DNA of 64,000 nt from Cladosporium halotolerans (taxonomy: Eukaryota): assembly GCF_011745625.1 (NCBI RefSeq), contig NW_027191453.1, positions 62,001-126,000 of the forward strand, read 5' to 3'. Position 1 is the stretch's first letter, and each line of letters opens with the position of its first letter. The notes beneath the pieces were generated by a model, which was given only the letters and a program-made list of their open reading frames with translations, searched no databases and was not told where the DNA came from. Below, piece by piece: positions 56,937 through 64,000 of the stretch. The translations under genes and the position numbers were made by a program.

Positions 56937-59348
56937 ATGTTCAACCGCGACAATCTCTTCGGCAGCCGAGGCCAACAACCCTCACCTCAGCCTCCTTCAT
57001 CCCGCGGACCCGTGCCTCAGCAGCCCCCTCGAGACTACCGTTCTCCCCAACAACCCGCCTCGTACAGCCAGGAACCCAAAGGATACGGCGGAGGCAGCAT
57101 GCGCGGTGCTCCTCCCCCCAGCGGCGGCCGCAGCATGCAGCTGCGTCCCGCAAAGAGCCCGGACAACAGCTTCACCTTCGGCAACATCTGCGCCGTGTCC
57201 GCGCAGGACATCCCGCCCTCGCACGACGGCCAAGACGTCTACCTCCTCATCAACGGCCACTTCGTCCTGAGCGCGCGGCCCCTCCCCCAGTTCCCGCGCG
57301 GCCACATCAGCCTCAGCGACGCCCAGCGCACCTGGATGCAGGTCGCGCTGACGGACGTCGTGGAAGTGCAGCCCTACGACCCCTTCAGCCAGGGCGCGCA
57401 GAGCTACCTGGGCAGCATGGACGTGGAGGTCGGCTTCGCGGGCAAGAAGAGCACGGAGGCGCCGTACGACCAGGACGAGCTGGGGCGGGCGTTCGCGAAC
57501 AACTTCCGGCACCAGATCTTCGCGCCGGGCCAGCAGCTGCTGATGGACTTCAAGAGCATCCCGCTGCGCATGACGGTGCGCACGGTCGAGCTGGTCGACA
57601 TCTCGTCGCTGAAGTCGGCCAGCGACGCGGCGCAGCACACCAGCCCGCAGGCGCGCGGCATCCTGACGCCCGAGACGGCGCTCAACTACTTCAAGGACGC
57701 GCGCACGCCGATCAACCTCAAGGGCTCCAACCGGCGGCCCGCGGCCAACTCGGTCGTGCGCCCGGACTTCAAGTTCGAGGACATGGGCATCGGAGGCCTG
57801 GACAAGGAGTTCAGCGACATCTTCCGGCGCGCGTTCGCGTCGCGCATTTTCCCGCCGGGCCTCGCGGAGAAGATTGGCATCCAGCACGTCAGGGGTATCC
57901 TGCTGTATGGCCCGCCGGGAACGGGCAAGACGCTTATTGCGAGGCAGATTGGGAAGATGCTCAATGCGAGGGAGCCGAAGGTCATTAATGGACCGGAGGT
58001 GTTGAATAAGTTTGTGGGTCAGTCGGAGGAGAACATCAGGAAGCTGTTCGCGGACGCGGAGCAGGAGCAGAGGGAGAAGGGGGATGAGTCTGGGCTGCAC
58101 ATAATCATCTTCGACGAGCTGGATGCCGTCTGCAAGCAGAGAGGATCTGGCGCGGGTGGTGGAACTGGTGTGGGTGACAGCGTGGTCAACCAGCTGCTCA
58201 CGAAGCTCGACGGTGTGGACCAGCTGAACAACATCCTCCTGATCGGAATGACGAACCGCAAAGACATGATCGACGAAGCGCTGCTGCGTTCCGGCCGTCT
58301 GGAAGTGCACATGGAGATCAGCCTGCCGGACGAGGCCGGGCGAGCGCAGATTATCAAGATTCACACGAACAAGATGCTCGAGAACAACATCATGGGCGGC
58401 GACGTCAATGTGCAAGAACTCGCGAGGCTCACCCGCAACTTCAGCGGTGCTGAGATCAACGGTCTGGTCAAGTCGGCGAGCAGTTTCGCCATGCAGAGAC
58501 ATATCAAGGTCGGCACAGTCGCGGCCATCGACGACAGCATCAAAGACATGAAGGTCGAAATGCAGGACTTCCTCCGCGCCCTGGACGAAGTCAAACCCCT
58601 CTTCGGTGTCAGCGAGGAAGACCTCCAGCGCGCCGTCGAGGGTGGCATCATCCCCTTCAGCCCGCACATCGAGAAGATCCTCGCCATCGGCGGCGACTTC
58701 ATCAAGCAAGTCAAATCCAACACCACGCCCTTGCTCTCCGTGCTCGTGCACGGCCCCCGCGGCGCCGGCAAGACCGCCCTCGCCGCCCGCATCGCCATCA
58801 ACTCCGAGTTCCCCTTCATCAAGCTCGTGCGCCCCGTCGACATGATCGGCATGAACGAGATGCAGAAGATCCAGTACCTGCAGAAAGTCTTCACGGACGC
58901 CTACAAGTCGCCGCTCAACATCCTCGTGCTCGACGACATCGACCTCATCATCGACTGGGTGCCCATCGGCCCGCGCTTCAGCAGCTCCGTGCTCGCCGCC
59001 ATCAAGGGCCTGATGAAGAACAAGCCGCCGTCCGGCCGCCCGCTGCTCATCATCGGCACGACGTCCGAGAAGACCGTGCTGCAGCAGTTGCAGCTCGATT
59101 TCAAGGCGCAGATCGCTGTCCCTAACGTCAACACCCAGCGCGAGCTGGCGAATATCATGGAGCACAGCGGGGAGTTCTCGGAGGCGGATATCCGCTCTGC
59201 CATCGGGGCGATCGAGGAGACGACGGGCGGGAAGGAGATTGGCGTTGGTGTGCAGAGGGTTCTGCTGGGCATTCAGACGGCGATGCAGGACCGCGATCGC
59301 GCGACGCGGTTCGCGGAGGTCATGAGCGATGCTATTGCTGAGGGTTGA
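56937..59348 (+). CDS. SEC18: Vesicle-fusing AAA ATPase NSF/Sec18
   Basis: MGIGGLDKEF, FRRAFASR, GPPGTGKT, IIFDELDA, GDSVVNQLL, second Walker A GPRGAGKT, GPRFS. Confidence 0.97.
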   Translation: MFNRDNLFGSRGQQPSPQPPSSRGPVPQQPPRDYRSPQQPASYSQEPKGYGGGSMRGAPPPSGGRSMQLRPAKSPDNSFTFGNICAVSAQDIPPSHDGQDVYLLINGHFVLSARPLPQFPRGHISLSDAQRTWMQVALTDVVEVQPYDPFSQGAQSYLGSMDVEVGFAGKKSTEAPYDQDELGRAFANNFRHQIFAPGQQLLMDFKSIPLRMTVRTVELVDISSLKSASDAAQHTSPQARGILTPETALNYFKDARTPINLKGSNRRPAANSVVRPDFKFEDMGIGGLDKEFSDIFRRAFASRIFPPGLAEKIGIQHVRGILLYGPPGTGKTLIARQIGKMLNAREPKVINGPEVLNKFVGQSEENIRKLFADAEQEQREKGDESGLHIIIFDELDAVCKQRGSGAGGGTGVGDSVVNQLLTKLDGVDQLNNILLIGMTNRKDMIDEALLRSGRLEVHMEISLPDEAGRAQIIKIHTNKMLENNIMGGDVNVQELARLTRNFSGAEINGLVKSASSFAMQRHIKVGTVAAIDDSIKDMKVEMQDFLRALDEVKPLFGVSEEDLQRAVEGGIIPFSPHIEKILAIGGDFIKQVKSNTTPLLSVLVHGPRGAGKTALAARIAINSEFPFIKLVRPVDMIGMNEMQKIQYLQKVFTDAYKSPLNILVLDDIDLIIDWVPIGPRFSSSVLAAIKGLMKNKPPSGRPLLIIGTTSEKTVLQQLQLDFKAQIAVPNVNTQRELANIMEHSGEFSEADIRSAIGAIEETTGGKEIGVGVQRVLLGIQTAMQDRDRATRFAEVMSDAIAEG

Positions 59349-61648
59349 GATATAGGAAATGGATAGATCTGTGGGAAATATGCCCGTTAGAGGAAGCATA
59401 TGCACTGATGATAAATATGAACCTCTTATTACACGCAGGAGTCGGAAGGAAGCACGCGACGAGCGAAAACGATAGATTTGAGAAGCCTTTCGTCACGAAT
59501 ACCTACCTACCTCTACCTATGTACGTACGTACATGTACCTCTCGTGCGAGCTCCGCAAAAGTCCAACGCCCGACGCGCATGAGAAAAGCGCCCCCCTCCA
59601 TGCCCGCGCGGTCGCAACGTGCGAGGAATAAGCCGGTACGTCCACGCGGTCGCATTGCGTCCGCAGAAAGGCTGCAGCGTTGGGCGCATGGGTTGTCCGT
59701 CACGGGGATGGATGCGCAACGATCCCGCCGACGAGCGAGTCCGGCACCCGCCAAAGAGATAAAGTGAAGTAACCGAGACAAAAGGCAATGACGCACCCAC
59801 AAAATAAGGTACCCCTCCATCCACGCCCTCCCCCCCTTCACCCACCCCTCCACAGCCCAACATTTGCCAAAAAAGCAAATAAAAAGTCAATTCCCATAGC
59901 AATCTAGCCATTATCCCCGCTGACCGCTCCTTGCGTCCCTGCATGCTCCTCTCCGTGGGTGCCACGTCTCATCTGGCCCTTCCCGCGAAAGGGGCGAGGT
60001 GGTGAGCTGTCATGGCGTGGGCTTGGGCGACCGGCCGTTGGTGCCCAAGAGCCAATGCCGCCGTGCCCGATCTCTGCTCTACCCTAATGTACGTACGGCG
60101 GGCGGGTCGGCTTGATGCGCGAGCGAGCGGGCGTGGGGTCAGAAGTCGTGGGGTAGTAGGTATGGGAGGTGAGGTACCTGGGTAGCGTGGATGTTGATGC
60201 TTGGGGCGTGTTTCGGGGGCTGAACCTTGGGGCGGGGAGATGTGGAATCGAGTATATTTTGCGGGTGGTATAGGTGAGATTGGCGGGATGGGTGGAGGGA
60301 GTGATTCTTAGATTTTTTTTCAGAAATGTCGCGTGAGTGTTCCGATTGATGGGAGTTTGATGATTGATCGAATGCTTGTAGGTGCTATCGGCGTTGCCCG
60401 TCTACTAAGGCCACGTCCACGCCATCGACGATGAACGTGACACCCAATCCATGCTGATCAATCAATTGCGTCCTCACCGGCGCCGTGGATCGCAAGCAGG
60501 ATTCGGCGATGACGGGACGGATACGGACGAGAGGGCGAGCTCGCGCAGGCTGCTCGACCGTTCCACGACTTGCGCGGTCGTGTGTGCGGATGCGCTTCTC
60601 GCGGCCAATCGTTGCGCAGGCGGCGGCTAGGCGTCGACCGCGCCCGCCGACGTCGTTCGCGCACCTCAGGCCACGCCACCGGCCTGCACGACCGCCCTCG
60701 CACTGCAGACGCCGGGCAGCGGGTCGATGGCCAGCCTCGCACACGCTCTCGCCCGCCGCTCTGTTGACAGCTGCCATGGCAGGAAACGTGCGGTGGTAGC
60801 ACCGGTGGCTGCAGCCCCCGACCGACGCCGTCCTCTCGTCTGACGAGCCTCCACCTTGTCAGTCCTCCGTCGCTGCAGCTGCAGCCCGGCCGCCGTTGGG
60901 AGTTGGGCGTCGGGCCTGTCCTTGCTGTCGCCATGCACCCTACTCTACCTCACGCTCCTTCGCCAGCACCGCCCTTCCGTGCCACCCAGCACCACCACCA
61001 CCAGCAGCGGCCTCGCGTCTCCCTCTTCCGGCCTCGCAAGCATTGCCCGTCTTCGCCTTAGTCCCGCACGCGCGCGCCTGCATGCGCCGCGCCCAGCGAG
61101 CCCCGAGTAGTATCATCTGAGAATCCTCCTCCTGCCAGCGCTTCCCCCCCTGGCGACGCTCTTTCACATGGCCGGCCGCGCCAATGCTGCTCCCTCACTT
61201 ACTCCGCGCCCCAGCTGCCCACGCTGGAGGGCATGCAGCTAGCTGATTAGCTTTGCGAAGAAACCAATGGCGGCACTGCCGGGCAGAGGTCTGGGTCCGC
61301 CGGACGCGGGCATTGGCGATGGCCGCCTCGATCTTGTGAAAGGTGGTGCATGTGAAGTGATGTCGCCCGCCATTGCCGCTGTCGTCGTCGTCTCACAGGC
61401 CTTCGGCCGCGGGTAGGCGAGCCGACGCAGGCGTCTCGTCGGCTTGGAGACGGGAAGAATGCTCGTCCTTGTCGTCGCCCGTGGGTATAAATTGATGATC
61501 GCGAGGGGGAGTAGGTTTGACTTTCTCTTTCTTCCTTTCTCTCCACTTCATCCAAGCCCACTGCCATTGCCATTGATCACTCTGCATACCATCTACCTTA
61601 TCGTAAACACTCATCGCCCCTTACAATCAATCAATCAATCCATCAATC

Positions 61649-62348
61649 ATGGCCACCGGCTACTACCAGTACCAACCATCCGCCACCCTCCCCGTGCCGG
61701 TTCCCGGCAAGCAGCCTCAACAGCAACCATTCCAACCTCGCCACGCCCGCAACCCTTCCGGCTACAGCCAGCTCTCCGCCTCCCCACCCGAGCGAGCAGA
61801 GAGTATTTCTACCGGCGGCGGCCTGTACTCGTCGGCGTCAAGCAACTATGCCGGCAGCGACTACGACAGCTCCACGGCCGGCGCCACCAGCGTCGACCTG
61901 CTGGACTACATGAATGAGCGCCTTTCGCAAACTTACAACCCTGTCCCGCTCGATCGCAACATGGTGAAGCAGGCGCAGATGTGAGTTTCTCGCGATTCTG
62001 TGAAGTGGCATGCGGCAAAGCGCTGACAGAGCAATTGCGAATAACAGGTCCGGCGAACTGAACGCAAAGAACCGCGAGCTTCTCGCACTGCAAGCTCAGG
62101 CACGCGCGCGGTTGGCTAAGACGCGGGCGAACTTCGCTGACGGCGTGAGAGCTGCGAAGGAGACGCAGAAGGATCTCGAGTGGACGCAGAAGAAAGTCAG
62201 GTCAGTAGCTTGCAGTTCGCGCGCAAGTCACGATTAGCAACAACGACTGATCAGGACCAACAGCGCCATGAACCGCCGCGCAGCAGAACGCTACCCCGAG
62301 CAATACCGCGCCGCGAAAGCCCGGTATCCCGCTCCAGTGGACTGCTGA
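61649..62348 (+). CDS. KXD1: KxDL-motif protein, BLOC-1/BORC subunit Kxd1-like, 3 exons
   Basis: PLDRNMVKQAQ, SGELNAK, TQKDLEWTQKKV, YPEQY; introns approx. 61981-62048 and 62201-62263; stop TGA 62346-62348. Confidence 0.82.
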
Positions 62349-63249
62349 TCGCCCAATTCGCACTCCTGCCTTTGCTTTGTACAAAAAGAAAGAAATTAAC
62401 AAAACGGCGGCAAAACCTCACGACATTTCCGGTTTTCAACGACAAACTCGTATTTCCTCAACGATACCCACGGCCAGGCAAACACCAGCTCCACCAGCGA
62501 GCTCAAATCTCATTACTTCACTTACATACCCACGCAAAAGCCGACGTCCAAACAAGCTTCCCGCCCGCGAGCGCCCCGACTCGCTCCCCTTGCATGCCCG
62601 CTCTGCAGCCGCCGCGCACGTGGGCGTCGCTAGCGCTTGTGGGGCCCTTTTTGCAGGAGGGCACGGGTTGCTGCGAGGCGCGACTCAGGTGCCGGCATGG
62701 CTGGCATGGGCGTTGCTGCGAGTCGCTGGGATGGGCAGATGCGGACGGGTCGGCCCAATGGCCGGGATTTATGTTGGCGTTTAGGGGATTGGATTGGAGG
62801 GATGGGGACGGGGACGGGGGCGGCAATGGGGGTTTATTCTTAGATTGAGCCAATGGGCGGTATCTCAGTTTCGGTGGGCTGAGGAGGGGATTTGGGCGCT
62901 TGGGTGGGGTTGGGTAGGAGGTGGGAGTGGTGTGGTGTGGCGGGTAGAAGATTGTGCGTGACGATTGTATGAGATTTACGGTCTCCTTGTTCCGGGTATA
63001 TTGCGTTGTCCCGTGACCCCAATGGCCAGGATGTGGAGCCCAAACTCGATCGAATGCCTAGTGGTCTCTCACGTGAGCCGAGAGAGGGCAATGCACATGT
63101 ATGCATAGACGATGTTCAACGGAACTCCACTAGAGACTAGCCCTACGCTTCCATACCCCCAAACGCCCGCCTCACCTCAAACACCACGACAACCCCTCCC
63201 TCCAGCAGCACCTACTCCAAACCCCTAAGCACTCCCAAAACCCACTACC

Positions 63250-63598
63250 TCAAAGCTCCTCCTTCCCTTCCCCCTTCGCCTTGCCCCCAAAGCCAAACAT
63301 CCCCATCAACATGCCTCCCAGCGAGCCTGTGCCACATTCAGCCAGCGGCCCAACATCAGCAGTCACACCTCAACTCACCACCCGGCGGATACGCCTTGCC
63401 ATCTCTCTCGACTTTCGGCCCGCAGCTGCAGCGCTCGCTCTCGGGGACGGCGTCGAGGACGGAGGGGATGTGCGAGCCGCAGCCGTACCAGGTTTTGCCG
63501 TCTGGGGTTGTTAGTGATGAGTTGGGTGAGGTGGGAGGGATTTTTTCCCCTTGTGGATGGGGCTTACGGCAGGTGCTGCAGGTTACGCCGTGGCACAT
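63250..63598 (-). CDS. Small Cys/His-rich hypothetical protein, 3 exons
   Basis: Spliced MCHGVTCSTCHGKTWYGCGSHIPSVLDAVPESERCSCGPKVERDGKAYPPGGSLGGMLMGMFGFGGKAKGEGKEEL; introns 63502-63567 (GTAAGC..CTAAC..CAG) and 63327-63378 (GTGAGT..CAG). Confidence 0.78.
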
Positions 63599-64000
63599 TT
63601 TGATCTTGGTGTTGGGGTTGGGTTGGAGGGGTTGAGGGTGAGGGATGGATGGATGGATGGCGGGGTTGAGGGGCGGAGTCGAGCTGCTGAGGTGTGGAAT
63701 TTGGCAAGCGAAGTGCAGGTGGTCTCCTGATTTGCTTCGTGAGGCGGACAGTAATGACGAATAAATTATTGACTCGGATTTGATTCTAGATGCAATATGA
63801 TGATTCGTCCAGTAGCAATTTGGTGGCATCCAAATTTGTTGCACCTGTTATGGCCTTTTATCATTTAGCTTTGTGTTGCTTACGCTGTTTGACCAGAGGT
63901 AGATGAGAAATCCTGCCAACACCATATGAATCGCTCTCAAGACAATGCGCTACATACAAGTCGCTTATCCAACATGCACACCAAAAACAACACCGACCAA

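Noticed and set aside
56997..59405. 802-aa antisense ORF over SEC18
   Set aside because: Mirror frame of a gene with extreme C/G third positions, which suppresses antisense stops; no protein-like motifs.

Overview
Eukaryotic, intron-containing genomic DNA from a filamentous ascomycete (probably a Dothideomycete; inferred from gene content and GT..CTRAC..YAG introns). About 21 recognisable protein genes plus one intron-containing tRNA-His(GUG) gene. Left part: partial GRE2-like NAD(P)H reductase, patatin phospholipase, a DUF4396 gene head-to-head with a Cu(+)-type P1B-ATPase, tRNA-His, a GAF-HisKA-HATPase-REC hybrid histidine kinase and an ascomycete laccase. Middle: PET127, VPS45, HPP-family protein, ADI1, a homoserine kinase-AIR synthetase (THR1-PurM) fusion, GCD10/TRM6, RIX1, a non-coding ~190-bp tandem array, YPP1, BolA, NIF3. 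Right: MCT-type MFS transporter divergent from an acyl-CoA-ligase-type A-T-C NRPS-like gene, SEC18/NSF, KXD1 and a small Cys-rich gene. Most notable observations: (1) a nested [D1,2] spliceosomal twin intron (stwintron) needed to rebuild the kinase receiver domain, (2) the THR1-PurM fusion, (3) the A-T-C enzyme/transporter pair, (4) the DUF4396/Cu-ATPase pair near a laccase, (5) the hairpin-rich tandem array with variable spacers. All family assignments are from motif recognition by eye, without database searches, and exon boundaries were derived manually.
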